Numbered from the stretch's first letter, positions 17,753 through 27,580 are shown. The stretch is DNA of 64,000 nt from Minisyncoccota bacterium (GCA_041650415.1 JBAZLC010000001.1:66998-130997); one strand, 5' to 3'. Made by a program: numbers and translations. The notes: generated from the sequence alone by a model not told the origin.

Positions 17753-20700
17753 TTAGGTCTTGGCTGTGACTGTCGACAAGGCAGGAATGCCATCCACCTT
17801 CAAATCTGTGATGGTGTCTGACAAATCGCCGTCGCCGTTACCGTCGTAACCAAGGTCTGCTTCATCAGCCTCGAACAAGATATTACCCAAGGCGCTAACT
17901 GAGAACTGATAGGTATCATTGTTAGCTGAAGCCGCAGAGTTCCTGATTGTCAGGTATCTCCAGCTGCCGCCGTCAATTTTCCTTTCAGTCGCAGTTAATG
18001 TTGAAGTAGCGAAGCTAATGCTTGACGCAGCACCTGTTGCGGTGGTTGACGCCAAATATCCACTGCCGCTATTCCAGCCCGATGTGTCGGATTGACCGCC
18101 TCCCATAGCTGAAGCATAAATCTTGAAGCTTGTGGTTGTGGTGGCCGAACCGCCATTGGTGAATGTCATTGTCGTGGTCGACAAAGAAATCGCGGCTGTA
18201 CCGTTGTTGGTAACTTTAAACACCGCAAGGTTTTGTCCCGCCGAAGTACCCACTTGAGTGGCTGTTGTCGGCGAAATCGCCTCAATCTTCACGTTCTGCG
18301 GAGTAATATAGCTCACGCCGGACGATGAAGCTGAACCGGTGATTGTACCGGCTGCAGCGCTAACCGCACCCTTTGAAACGATATGTGTCGTAGAAGCAAC
18401 ACTAAACTTGAAGTCATTTCCAAGAATAGACGAACCTCCAGCGGCAATATCCGCTTTCGCGTAAATTGTGACGCCAGTGGTCGGAACCGGAGCGGACAAC
18501 AAATTGTCCGAAGCGGTAAACGTTACTTCACATTGCGTACCCGTGCAGTTATCAAACTGCGGAGCTGAAGCAAACGGAGTCGTCGCAGATCCTTCGTAAA
18601 GTCTGATATTCGTTAATGTGGTTGTCGCCAAAGCGGTAGCCACCGAAGTCAATTTCAACGAAGTAATCTTTTGGGCTTCATATTGAGATGTCAATTTGAA
18701 AGCCAAGTAAACGCCGTTTGAAGTGCCAACGTTAACAATTTGATTAGACGAAGGCGAAGCTCCTGAACCGGAAACCAACGAGAATATCACCTTACCCGAT
18801 GAAACAATGGTCATCGCTTGTCCGCTACCGGCATAAGTGATGTCTGTTCCATGAGTTAATGAATTACCCGTAGTATAACCTGTCGCAGCAACTGCAGAAG
18901 ATGAAGACGCTACAACAAATCTTTGCGTCCCAGAACCATCGCCAGCAGTATCGGCTACAACGTTCGCCTTCAAATGAAGGGTTACCGGAGTAGCTTTCGG
19001 AACAACTATCGGAGTCGAGAAGCTGAATGTTACAGTCGCGGCATTGCTAGCCGTTGAAGCTGTTGTTGACAACGCAGTTGTTTCGTTGTCTTTAAACATT
19101 CTTAAGTTCGAAACGTCCGCAAGGGCTCCTGATGCACTGACGGTGCTGCTTACAGTAACCGAAGTTACTTTAACATCTTCTCCGCCTGATTGAGCATTAA
19201 GCTGAATCTGGGCGAATTCGTAATCGCTCGAACCTACAACAACCGAATTGGCAACCGGGGTTGAAAGTGTTGTTACAACAAGTTTGGCAGCTTGAACCGG
19301 AATGGTCAAACCGTCTACTGCTGCAACATTCAAACCTGTATCGCCATCGCTCAAAAGATCGTTTGAAGTGAGCCTCTTTGCAGAAGTCAAATCAAAGCTT
19401 GTGACTTTGTAGGTATCGCTGGCTGTCGCGCTTGAGCTGATTGAACCTTCAATCGAAATCGTGCTGTCTTGACCAGCGGTCAAAATCGGATACGAAGAAA
19501 GGTTAACAGTTGTCTGAGCGCCAACTCCAATTGAAGAAGCCGCAACGCTGTAAACAATCGAATTGTTTACTTTAACGTAAACCGTTCCGCTAAGAACGTG
19601 CGCGCTCGTAGCGTAAGTTGACGAAGTCGCGACATAGAACTTCACCTGGCGAAGCTCGTAATCTTCTCCTGTCGGCTTTACAGTGAATTTAGCAAGAACG
19701 ATATTATTCGCTCCTGGGACCACTGCTGAGCTCGGAGAATCTGTAGCTCTTTGTAAGGTAATGCCTCCTGAACCGATTGTAGTCATGTTCCAAGCATTAC
19801 CGATCGGGAAGCTTGTGTCGTTTCCTGTCCCTGTCGGGATTATGGAAACTCCAGTTGTCGCGCCACGAACATCCAAATCGTAATCGTTGTAGGTTACGAG
19901 TTTGATTGTTTTTGTGGTTCCGCCGGCAATCTTCGCTTTAATGGTGAAGTCTTTTGTAAGACCTTTATCAATAAAGTACGGAGTTGTCGGTTTAAATGTG
20001 ACGTACTGGCCGGACGGCTGGGCTGTTGCCACAACTGTTCCGGTATTGTCTTCCAAGGTTACATCTTTGTAATCAGCCGCGGCAGCATTGCCGTAGTTAT
20101 ACAATGTCCAACCATAAAGATACACTCCTTCCTTGCTGGAAGTTTCCGCAATGCGGTATTTAGTGATTTCTTGCAAGCTGGCCGGATCAACATTCAATGT
20201 TGAAGAACCGGTTGATGTAAGAATGCTCAAAGTAACGGTGCCCAATGAAGAGCTACCATCAACAATGTTCATTGTCGCGCCAGTCAACGGGAATGAACCC
20301 GAGAATGTCGCGTTTGCGGCAATAGCGCTCGCCGAAGCGATGCTAAAGTTCAAGGTTCCGCTGTAAGCGCCAGCGAGAAGATTGAAGCGGACTGTTGCCG
20401 TTTCGCTCTTTCCAGCTTTTACCACAATCGGATCTTGCGTCATGAAGATCGTAATGGTGTTATCGGCATTAACCGAAGTTGACACCTGACCATGACGAAC
20501 TCCCGCAGAGTCAATGACGTCTACGCCGTTCAAATTGGTGTTAGCCACGAAACCACTCTTTTGGAAAGTGATTGACGTAATGCTGACATCTGTTGAACCG
20601 GCGGTGAACACAACTTTCAAACCTGCGTTGAAAGCTGTTCCGCTACCAAGAGTTTTGGCTGCCGGACTATCCGAAGCAACCGCAACCGACAAAGCAGCTC

Positions 20701-21190
20701 CAACCGGGGTTGTTGTAGTACCTCCACCAGTTGTTGTACCTCCTGTCGCAGCAACCGACGCCACGTAGGCGCGAGTTTTAGGTCCGAAATATCCGACGGC
20801 CGGAGAAATTCCGACAGCGGCTTGATATTTCGCCAAAGCTTTTACGGTCAATGAACCATAATATGTGGTTTCATTTCCCGCTGAACCTGCTCCAGTTGAA
20901 GCGACTGCATAACCCTTAGCGTTCAAAAATTGCTGTAAGGCTTTGACATCGTCTCCTTTAGAACCCAAGGTGAGGTCTCGGGTAAAATTATAGGAAGCGG
21001 TTGTCGTAGTCTGAGCGCCGGACAATTGCGATTGCAATGCCGAAATTTGAGCCAAAAGCGACGCGATTTGCGCCTGCAGATCATCAACGGTCGCGGCTGA
21101 AGCCGGCAAAACCATAGCTGATCCAGAAAGTGTTATCGCCGTAGCCATTGAAAGGGCAACGGACGTAATCTTTCTAAATGATTTGCTCAT
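17753..21190 (-). CDS. Giant (1145 aa) secreted surface protein. It has a signal peptide, a peptidoglycan-binding domain and long Thr/Ser/Gly/Ala-rich Ig-like beta-sandwich repeats, and is likely an S-layer or cell-wall-anchored protein.
   Basis: Signal peptide MSKSFRKITSVALSMATAITLSGSAMVLPASA|ATV, then coiled-coil-like LQAQIASLLAQISALQSQL. PG_binding_1-like LTLGSKGDDVKALQQFLNAKGYAV...YGSLTVKALAKYQAAVGI. TTGGGTTTTP linker. About 900 aa of low-complexity S/T/A/G/V beta-strand repeats. No LPXTG motif. Confidence 0.8.
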   Translation of the reverse strand: MSKSFRKITSVALSMATAITLSGSAMVLPASAATVDDLQAQIASLLAQISALQSQLSGAQTTTTASYNFTRDLTLGSKGDDVKALQQFLNAKGYAVASTGAGSAGNETTYYGSLTVKALAKYQAAVGISPAVGYFGPKTRAYVASVAATGGTTTGGGTTTTPVGAALSVAVASDSPAAKTLGSGTAFNAGLKVVFTAGSTDVSITSITFQKSGFVANTNLNGVDVIDSAGVRHGQVSTSVNADNTITIFMTQDPIVVKAGKSETATVRFNLLAGAYSGTLNFSIASASAIAANATFSGSFPLTGATMNIVDGSSSLGTVTLSILTSTGSSTLNVDPASLQEITKYRIAETSSKEGVYLYGWTLYNYGNAAAADYKDVTLEDNTGTVVATAQPSGQYVTFKPTTPYFIDKGLTKDFTIKAKIAGGTTKTIKLVTYNDYDLDVRGATTGVSIIPTGTGNDTSFPIGNAWNMTTIGSGGITLQRATDSPSSAVVPGANNIVLAKFTVKPTGEDYELRQVKFYVATSSTYATSAHVLSGTVYVKVNNSIVYSVAASSIGVGAQTTVNLSSYPILTAGQDSTISIEGSISSSATASDTYKVTSFDLTSAKRLTSNDLLSDGDTGLNVAAVDGLTIPVQAAKLVVTTLSTPVANSVVVGSSDYEFAQIQLNAQSGGEDVKVTSVTVSSTVSASGALADVSNLRMFKDNETTALSTTASTASNAATVTFSFSTPIVVPKATPVTLHLKANVVADTAGDGSGTQRFVVASSSSAVAATGYTTGNSLTHGTDITYAGSGQAMTIVSSGKVIFSLVSGSGASPSSNQIVNVGTSNGVYLAFKLTSQYEAQKITSLKLTSVATALATTTLTNIRLYEGSATTPFASAPQFDNCTGTQCEVTFTASDNLLSAPVPTTGVTIYAKADIAAGGSSILGNDFKFSVASTTHIVSKGAVSAAAGTITGSASSSGVSYITPQNVKIEAISPTTATQVGTSAGQNLAVFKVTNNGTAAISLSTTTMTFTNGGSATTTTSFKIYASAMGGGQSDTSGWNSGSGYLASTTATGAASSISFATSTLTATERKIDGGSWRYLTIRNSAASANNDTYQFSVSALGNILFEADEADLGYDGNGDGDLSDTITDLKVDGIPALSTVTAKT

Positions 21191-21300
21191 TTTGTTTGTT
21201 TGTTTATTTTTGGTTAATTAATTATTTTTTCGGGAAAGTTCTCTCTTTGCCAAATCGACCTGCTGCCCCACACGCTCCGAGAAATTTGGAGCGAGCATCA

Positions 21301-21322
21301 ATGTTTATATCGACATAAACAT
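21301..21322. promoter_or_regulatory. Imperfect 22-bp palindrome (candidate operator) about 110 bp upstream of the surface-protein start.
   Basis: ATGTTTATaTCGAcATAAACAT has 8-bp perfect arms around a central TCGA. It overlaps a candidate TTGCCG...TATAAA promoter on the minus strand. Confidence 0.4.
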
Positions 21323-21365
21323 CTGGTGCCGGCAAGCTTGGTAAAAAGACAACCATAGTATTAAA

Positions 21366-21400
21366 TTAAAAAAGTCTCGCTTTTCAGAGCGAGACCAGAT
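21366..21400 (-). terminator. Rho-independent terminator on the minus strand.
   Basis: gtctcgct-tttcag-agcgagac hairpin with a T-run on the minus strand. It lies about 275 nt after the stop of the 21675-22424 gene and upstream of the surface-protein promoter. Confidence 0.55.
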
Positions 21401-21674
21401 GCGACAAAAACAATGGCTTTTGATTTATCGGCTATGGCATTTAATGCAATACCAAAACCCCTGTCAAAAGTTAATTGTTTAATCGGTTCAGGCCTCACTC
21501 CGAACCTTAAATTTTATATTGTGTTACATTTAAATCTAAACGTTTCGCCTGGATATGTCAAATTGTGGATAACTTTCATATCCGGCCTGATTTTACCCGT
21601 CTTTATCTATATAACGAATGAAAAAGCCTTTTGTTACTTGACTTTTTTGGCCTAATTCAGCCCATTTGAGCCGT

Positions 21675-22424
21675 TTACAGCGACCAACTGGAAGCGCCGA
21701 AAATCGCCAGAGCCAAAGCTATAAAAACCGTTATATTTCTTAGAACCAATCGCCTGTTTATGGAGCCGTTTATGTGCCCCAAAATGAAATCTTGGAAAAT
21801 TAAAATAATTAATAAAGTTAGCGCTCCGGCGTTTAAAAAATTTATCGGTAAAAAACTCAACGCCCAGACAATCTGGAAAACCAAAAATGAAACCGACCAG
21901 GCGAATAAATTATTTTTTTGCGCGCCGGGAATTTCATTTGAAATATCCAAAAATTCTTTAAAAAGATACAGAAACGCGGAAAACGCCGCCAGATATTTTA
22001 CGAAAAATAAAATACCCGATCTGTCCGACCAAAAAAATAAAGAGAAAATCGCCAATACCAAAACGCCGTTCAAAAAATGGTAAATCGGCCGGCGATTTAT
22101 GAAAATCAGGTTTTTCAGGCCCAGAAGAACGAAGAAAATCGCCGTATAAGCCAGCGAAACCGCCAAAAACCAGCCAGAGTCAAGAAACTCCCGTAAAAAG
22201 GCCGGGAAAAGCAAAATAACCAGGAATGAAGCCAAGAATTGGCGCGAATTAACCCCGGGAAAGAAGTAAAAATAGCACCCAGCCAACACGAAAGCGGCTA
22301 TATAAAACCATTCGCCCGTTGCCAGGGCAAAAAACAGCAAGATTCCCAAGCCAACGCTTTTAAGCGCTAACGGCAATATCGAGCCCCTTAGATTCCAAAA
22401 AGCCGATTTTAATTTTTTTAGCAT
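21675..22424 (-). CDS. Polytopic integral membrane protein, hypothetical.
   Basis: At least 6 hydrophobic helices. AAGGGGAGA is 9 nt upstream of the ATG at 22424. It overlaps the clpB 3' end by 65 nt. Confidence 0.5.
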   Translation of the reverse strand: MLKKLKSAFWNLRGSILPLALKSVGLGILLFFALATGEWFYIAAFVLAGCYFYFFPGVNSRQFLASFLVILLFPAFLREFLDSGWFLAVSLAYTAIFFVLLGLKNLIFINRRPIYHFLNGVLVLAIFSLFFWSDRSGILFFVKYLAAFSAFLYLFKEFLDISNEIPGAQKNNLFAWSVSFLVFQIVWALSFLPINFLNAGALTLLIILIFQDFILGHINGSINRRLVLRNITVFIALALAIFGASSWSL

Positions 22425-25020
22425 TTTTTAAATCTCCCCTTATTATTCTGTCGGCCAATTTATCCAACACCAATTTTTGAATCAACCGCTTTATCGGCCG
22501 CGCGCCGTATTCCGGGTCGAATCCTTCCTCGGTAATGTGCTTTTTCAGCGAAGCGTCAAAAGAAATATTTATGTTTTTCTTCGACAGCCTGGCTTTCACT
22601 ATTTCCAATTGAATTTCCACAATTCTTTCTATTTCTTTCGGAGTCAAAGCGTTGAAAATTATTATTTCATCCAAGCGGTTCAAAAATTCCGGGCGGAAAG
22701 TCTCTTTCAAATCTTCTGTCACTTTTTCTTTGAAAATCTCGGCTTTTTCTACGCTTTCTTCTTTTACTTTTCCGGAAGATTCCGACATATCAAAACCCAG
22801 CCGCGAAATTTCTTTGAAATATTCGCTGCCCACGTTCGACGTCATAATAATGATTGAGTTTTTAAAATTAACCACTTTGCCTTTTCCATCGGTAAGCCGG
22901 CCGTTATCTAAAACCTGGAGCAAAACGTTAAACACCTCCGGATGAGCTTTTTCTATTTCATCAAACAGAATCAAACTGTACGGCCGATGTCGTACGGTTT
23001 CGGTCAATTGTCCTCCTTCCTCGTGACCAACGTATCCGGGCGGCGAACCGATTAAACGGCTGGTAGAATGTTTTTCCATGTATTCCGACATATCGATGCG
23101 GATAAGGGCTTTTTCGTCGTTAAACATAAACTCCGCCAAAGTCTTGGCAAGTTCGGTTTTTCCCACTCCGGTCGGCCCCAAAAACATGAAGGAACCAAGC
23201 GGCTTATCTTCGTCTGACAGCCCGGCGCGGGACCGGCGCAAAGCGCTGGCAATTGCACTAACGGCATCTTTTTGACCGACAACCCTCTCGCCCAAAACTT
23301 CTTCAATATGGGAAAGTTTTTCCATTTCCGATTCAAGCATTTTGGAAATCGGCACGCCCGTCCAACGCGAGACCACCGCCGCAATGTCTTCTTCGTCGAC
23401 AACTTCCCGGATAAACTTTTCTCCCGTGGATTGCTTCTTGTCTTTCACTAAATATTTTTTTTCAAACGCCTTGAATTCTTTTTCCGCTTGCGGAAGTTCA
23501 CCATAAAGTATCTTTGCCACTTTTTCCAAATTTCCGTCACGCTCGGCAAGCTCGGCTTCCCTTCTTAAATCCTCTACACGCTTTCGCAAATTATGAGTCT
23601 GCTCCGAAGAAATTTTTTCGGCGTGCCACTTGGCGGAAAGCTCATCATTTTTATCTTTAAGTCCGGCAAGCTCTTTGCCTATTTCTTTAAGCCTTTTCTT
23701 GCTTTTTTCCCCGTCTTCGGAAGCCAAGGCTTGTTTTTCTATTTCCAGCCTGGTTATTTCCCGGCGCATTTTCCCTATTTCCGCCGGAATGCTTTCGCTT
23801 TCAAGGCGCCTGGCCGAAGCGGCCTCGTCTATTAAATCCACCGCTTTATCCGGCAAAAATCTGTCTGTAATATAACGGCTCGAAAGATTCACCGCCGAAA
23901 CAATCGCCTCGTCGGAAATTCTGACGCCATGATGAATTTCATATTTTTCTTTTAATCCGCGCAAAATGGAAATGCTGTCTTCCACTGTCGGCTCTTCAAC
24001 CATAATCGGCTGGAACCGGCGTTCAAGCGCCGCATCTTTTTCAATATATCTTTGATATTCTCTAATTGTTGTCGCGCCGATTGCCCGGAGTTCTCCGCGC
24101 GCCAAAGCCGGCTTCAATAAATTCGAAGCATCAACCGTTCCTTCGGCGGCGCCAGCGCCCACTATCATATGAATCTCATCTATAAAAAGAATGTACCTTC
24201 CCGCGGAATTCTGAATTTCTTTCATAAAAGCTTTCAAGCGGTCCTCAAATTCGCCGCGGAATTTCGTGCCCGCTATCAAAGAACCCAAGTCAAGCATGAT
24301 TATTTCTTTATCTTTCAAGGTTTCCGGCACTTCACCCGAAACGATTCTTTGCGCCAGGCCTTCAACCACGGCGGTTTTTCCCACGCCCGGCTCACCTATC
24401 AATACCGGATTATTCTTGGTCCGGCGGCTTAAAACCTGAATCACTCTGCGAAGCTCTTCTTCTCTGCCGATAACCGGGTCAAGCTTATTCTGCTTGGCTT
24501 GCTCGTTTAAATTAACGGCGTATTTTTCCAACACCTGAAATTTCGATTCCGGAGTTTCATCGGTAATTCTCGTTGAACCGCGGAGCGCTGCCAAAACTCT
24601 CAAAACCGTTTCTTTACGAAGCCCGAATTCTTCCAAAATTTTTCCGGCCGGAGACGGACTTTCCAAAATTGCCAGAAGTAAATGCTCGCAGGAAATAAAT
24701 TCATCTTTTTGCGCCGCGGCGATTTTCGCCGATTTATCCAAAATCTGCATAAGCTCCTGTGAAAGATAAAGCTGCGCCACTCCTCCGCCCCCGGCCACAA
24801 TTTTGGCTTCGGCGGTAAACGCTTCTTCCAACCTACGGGACAAAGCGTCTAAATTAACTCCCGCTCTCATTAAAATCGGCCTGACAAGCGAGCCATCATC
24901 CATTATTAATGATGCCAAAAGATGCACGGCTTTAAACTCACCATGATTTTCCTTGGCGGCAATTTCCTGGGCGTTTTGCAGCGCTTCCTGAGCTTTAATT
25001 GTAAATTTTTGAAAATTCAT
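22360..25020 (-). CDS. clpB: ATP-dependent chaperone ClpB (two AAA+ modules plus a coiled-coil M-domain).
   Basis: N-terminal Clp_N repeats. Walker [18 protein letters not shown] and a second [15 protein letters not shown]. Long M-domain coiled coil. Probable start MNFQKF at 25020 (an alternative ATG at 25029). Confidence 0.9.
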   Translation of the reverse strand: MNFQKFTIKAQEALQNAQEIAAKENHGEFKAVHLLASLIMDDGSLVRPILMRAGVNLDALSRRLEEAFTAEAKIVAGGGGVAQLYLSQELMQILDKSAKIAAAQKDEFISCEHLLLAILESPSPAGKILEEFGLRKETVLRVLAALRGSTRITDETPESKFQVLEKYAVNLNEQAKQNKLDPVIGREEELRRVIQVLSRRTKNNPVLIGEPGVGKTAVVEGLAQRIVSGEVPETLKDKEIIMLDLGSLIAGTKFRGEFEDRLKAFMKEIQNSAGRYILFIDEIHMIVGAGAAEGTVDASNLLKPALARGELRAIGATTIREYQRYIEKDAALERRFQPIMVEEPTVEDSISILRGLKEKYEIHHGVRISDEAIVSAVNLSSRYITDRFLPDKAVDLIDEAASARRLESESIPAEIGKMRREITRLEIEKQALASEDGEKSKKRLKEIGKELAGLKDKNDELSAKWHAEKISSEQTHNLRKRVEDLRREAELAERDGNLEKVAKILYGELPQAEKEFKAFEKKYLVKDKKQSTGEKFIREVVDEEDIAAVVSRWTGVPISKMLESEMEKLSHIEEVLGERVVGQKDAVSAIASALRRSRAGLSDEDKPLGSFMFLGPTGVGKTELAKTLAEFMFNDEKALIRIDMSEYMEKHSTSRLIGSPPGYVGHEEGGQLTETVRHRPYSLILFDEIEKAHPEVFNVLLQVLDNGRLTDGKGKVVNFKNSIIIMTSNVGSEYFKEISRLGFDMSESSGKVKEESVEKAEIFKEKVTEDLKETFRPEFLNRLDEIIIFNALTPKEIERIVEIQLEIVKARLSKKNINISFDASLKKHITEEGFDPEYGARPIKRLIQKLVLDKLADRIIRGDLKNAKKIKIGFLESKGLDIAVSA

Positions 25021-25038
25021 CCCACACATAACTTACAC
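25019..25038. repeat. Arm 1 of a perfect 20-bp inverted repeat (ATCCCACACATAACTTACAC). It overlaps the clpB start codon.
   Basis: Exact reverse complement of 25121-25140, with an 82-bp spacer. Confidence 0.7.
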
Positions 25039-25120
25039 AATTAACGGCGTAGCCCTTGAATTATGTAATTTTAATGATTTTAAATTAACCCTACTTGACC
25101 CGCACATAAACTTTTTATCC

Positions 25121-25140
25121 GTGTAAGTTATGTGTGGGAT
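25121..25140. repeat. Arm 2 of the 20-bp inverted repeat (GTGTAAGTTATGTGTGGGAT), between the htrA stop and clpB.
   Basis: Exact reverse complement of 25019-25038. Confidence 0.7.
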
Positions 25141-25151
25141 TCATAAACTCC

Positions 25152-26432
25152 TTATATTCCTGCGGGTCTCTCTTCCAACACTACCTTAATTTCCATTTCT
25201 TTCCCGTCTCTTAATGCTTTCAACGTAATGGTATCGCCGACGCTGTATTTTTGCAACAAAGAATTTAAAGACTTATCTTGAGTTATTTTTTCTCCATTCA
25301 CTTCGGTAATAATATCCTCCGCTTTTAGGCCGGCTTTTTCAGCTGGAGAATTTTTAAGAACCGCCGGACCAGCGGAACTTCCACGAACTATCACACCGCT
25401 ATCAACCGATAATTTTTCTTTTTTCGCCAAATCGGAAGTTATAACCAAATAACGCACTCCCAAATAAGGCGAAACTATTCTGCCCGTGCTTTTAACCGAC
25501 TCTATGGATTTTTTAACCTGATTTATCGGAATGGAAAATCCGATGCTTTGCGCGCCCGAAACCATGGCAACGTTTATCCCAATAACTTCGCCTTTTAAAT
25601 TCAAAAGCGGACCGCCGGAATTACCCTCGTTTATGGCGGCGTCCGTCTGAATCAAATCTTCAAGTTTTTCCGTTCCTATGCCTCCCGAGCCCGAGGCGGT
25701 AATATTGCGCGACAACCCCGAGATAACTCCCGTTGACACGGTATTCCTGAATTCTCCCAACGCGTTTCCGATGGCGATAGCGGTTTGCCCAAGCTTCAAG
25801 CCATCCGAATCTCCCAAATTTACAACCGGCAAATCGGTAGCGGAAATTTTTATAATGGCGACATCTCTATTTGGATCTCTCGCCAAAACTTTAGCGTCGT
25901 ATTTTTTCCCGTCGTTGGTTAAAACCGTATATGAAGCCGCCTCGTCATAAACAACATGCTTATTCGTCACAATTAAACCGTCCGAAGAAACAATGAACCC
26001 CGAGCCGCCGCCGATTTCCTGAAGAGATGTACCTTTTTGGCATTGCTGATAAAATTGCACATTTTGGTCGCCAAAAAGCTGTTGAACTTCCGGCGGCATA
26101 TTGGCGAAGGGATTATAAGGACACTGCTCGATTACCGGCAAATTTTTAGAAATAGTGATTGAAATAACCGCCGGCGAAGTTTGTTCTATCGCTTTAACCA
26201 CGGCAGCCTCGTAATCAACCGTTGGCGAATAAATTTGCGTTTGAGTTTGCGCTGTCGGCGCCGTTGAACCGGAAAATGGAACTGCAAACGGCTTTATATA
26301 TTGATTATATAAATCTCCGAAAAAACTTGCTTTGACTGGCTGACTGAAAACAAGCGAACCGAAAATACCGCCGACCAAAGCGACGAAAACAAGAGAAATG
26401 ATAAATTTTTTATTATTCATTTTATTTAACAT
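25152..26432 (-). CDS. htrA: HtrA/DegP-family periplasmic serine protease with a PDZ domain.
   Basis: Trypsin-like catalytic region ...GNSGGPLLNLKGEVIGIN... and a C-terminal PDZ domain. N-terminal signal/anchor sequence. Alternative leaderless start MNNKKF at 26420. Confidence 0.85.
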   Translation of the reverse strand: MLNKMNNKKFIISLVFVALVGGIFGSLVFSQPVKASFFGDLYNQYIKPFAVPFSGSTAPTAQTQTQIYSPTVDYEAAVVKAIEQTSPAVISITISKNLPVIEQCPYNPFANMPPEVQQLFGDQNVQFYQQCQKGTSLQEIGGGSGFIVSSDGLIVTNKHVVYDEAASYTVLTNDGKKYDAKVLARDPNRDVAIIKISATDLPVVNLGDSDGLKLGQTAIAIGNALGEFRNTVSTGVISGLSRNITASGSGGIGTEKLEDLIQTDAAINEGNSGGPLLNLKGEVIGINVAMVSGAQSIGFSIPINQVKKSIESVKSTGRIVSPYLGVRYLVITSDLAKKEKLSVDSGVIVRGSSAGPAVLKNSPAEKAGLKAEDIITEVNGEKITQDKSLNSLLQKYSVGDTITLKALRDGKEMEIKVVLEERPAGI

Positions 26433-26478
26433 TTTTTAATACAATAAATTTTCAAAGTAAATTACGACCATAAAATAA

Positions 26479-26520
26479 TATAACAAACTATTGACGATCG
26501 TCAATGGTTTGTTATGCCTC
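26479..26520 (-). repeat. REP-like palindromic element / terminator, copy A, downstream of the 2-hydroxyacid dehydrogenase gene.
   Basis: On the minus strand: GAGGCATAACAAACCATTGACGATCGTCAATAGTTTGTTATA. It has a perfect TTGACGATCGTCAA core and shares about 90% identity with 37693-37736. Confidence 0.6.
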
Positions 26521-26563
26521 AAAAAACCGTAATAAAACAATAAAAAAATAGAGTGTTAATATT

Positions 26564-27574
26564 TTACACGCTGATTTTGTGCGCCGGAGTTCCGGCTTCC
26601 GAAAAAGATTTTATGTTTTCCAAATCCGTGTCTAAAATTCTCCGCAATGCCTCAACCGTGTTAAAAGCGTTGTGTGGGGTAACGATAACGTTTTTCATGT
26701 CTATTAAAACGTGGTTTTGAATAACGGTTTTTAAATTATGCTCTTCAGGATGGCCGTACAAAACCAATTCTTTTTCGTCGGAAATCGCGCCCTCTTCTTC
26801 CAAAACATCAAGTCCGGCACCGCCCAAAATTCCCTCGTTCATGCCTTTAATCAGGGCTGCCGGCTCAATTACGGCTCCGCGCGAAGTATTTATCAAAATC
26901 GCGCCTTTTTTTATTTTATCTATATTTTGCAAATTTATCAGATGATTGGTCGAAGGAATATTCGGCACATGAAGAGATATGACGTCGGAAACCGACAATA
27001 ACTCGTCAAACGGAACATATTTAAATCCAATTTCTTTGGCGAAATTTTCATCGGGTTTAACGTCCGAAGCCACAACGTTCATATCGAAACCTTTGGCGAT
27101 TTTTATCGCGTGCCGCCCGATTCTGCCCGTTCCCACTATGCCGATCGTCTTACCCGCCAAATCAAAACCGCGCAAACCTTCAAGCGAAAAACTGCAAGTT
27201 TCTTTCAAGCGGTCGGCAGCCTCGTAAATTTTCCGGCTCAAAGTCAAAATCAAACCAAAAGCGAATTCGGCAACGGTATTATCGCCGTACCCCGGCACGT
27301 AAGCCACTTGAATGTTTTTCGCCGCGGCGGCTTTTAAATCAATATGGTCAAAGCCGGTCGAACGGGTCGTAATTAATTTAAGATTCGGAAAAGCATTGAG
27401 CGCTTCCACATTTAAATTTGAACCAACAAAAACCGAGATGATTTCAAAATCTTTTTGTTCAGGTAAATTATCTTTATCCAGTTTTTCCGGAGAAAAAAAC
27501 AAGTCAAAACCGGGCAGCAGATTTTTTATATAATCCGCTTCCCAGTTTTCTATTTCAAAAAAAGCAATTTTCAT
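26564..27574 (-). CDS. D-isomer-specific 2-hydroxyacid dehydrogenase (NAD-binding), D-lactate/glycerate/phosphoglycerate dehydrogenase family.
   Basis: NAD-binding GIVGTGRIGRHAIKIAKGF and catalytic-domain architecture. Confidence 0.8.
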   Translation of the reverse strand: MKIAFFEIENWEADYIKNLLPGFDLFFSPEKLDKDNLPEQKDFEIISVFVGSNLNVEALNAFPNLKLITTRSTGFDHIDLKAAAAKNIQVAYVPGYGDNTVAEFAFGLILTLSRKIYEAADRLKETCSFSLEGLRGFDLAGKTIGIVGTGRIGRHAIKIAKGFDMNVVASDVKPDENFAKEIGFKYVPFDELLSVSDVISLHVPNIPSTNHLINLQNIDKIKKGAILINTSRGAVIEPAALIKGMNEGILGGAGLDVLEEEGAISDEKELVLYGHPEEHNLKTVIQNHVLIDMKNVIVTPHNAFNTVEALRRILDTDLENIKSFSEAGTPAHKISV

Positions 27575-27580
27575 GAACGA

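Noticed and set aside
25039-25120. An invertible promoter (fim-like switch) between the clpB inverted repeats
   Set aside because: 82 bp is very short for an invertible element and no recombinase is nearby. It is kept only as a minor alternative in the inverted-repeat finding.
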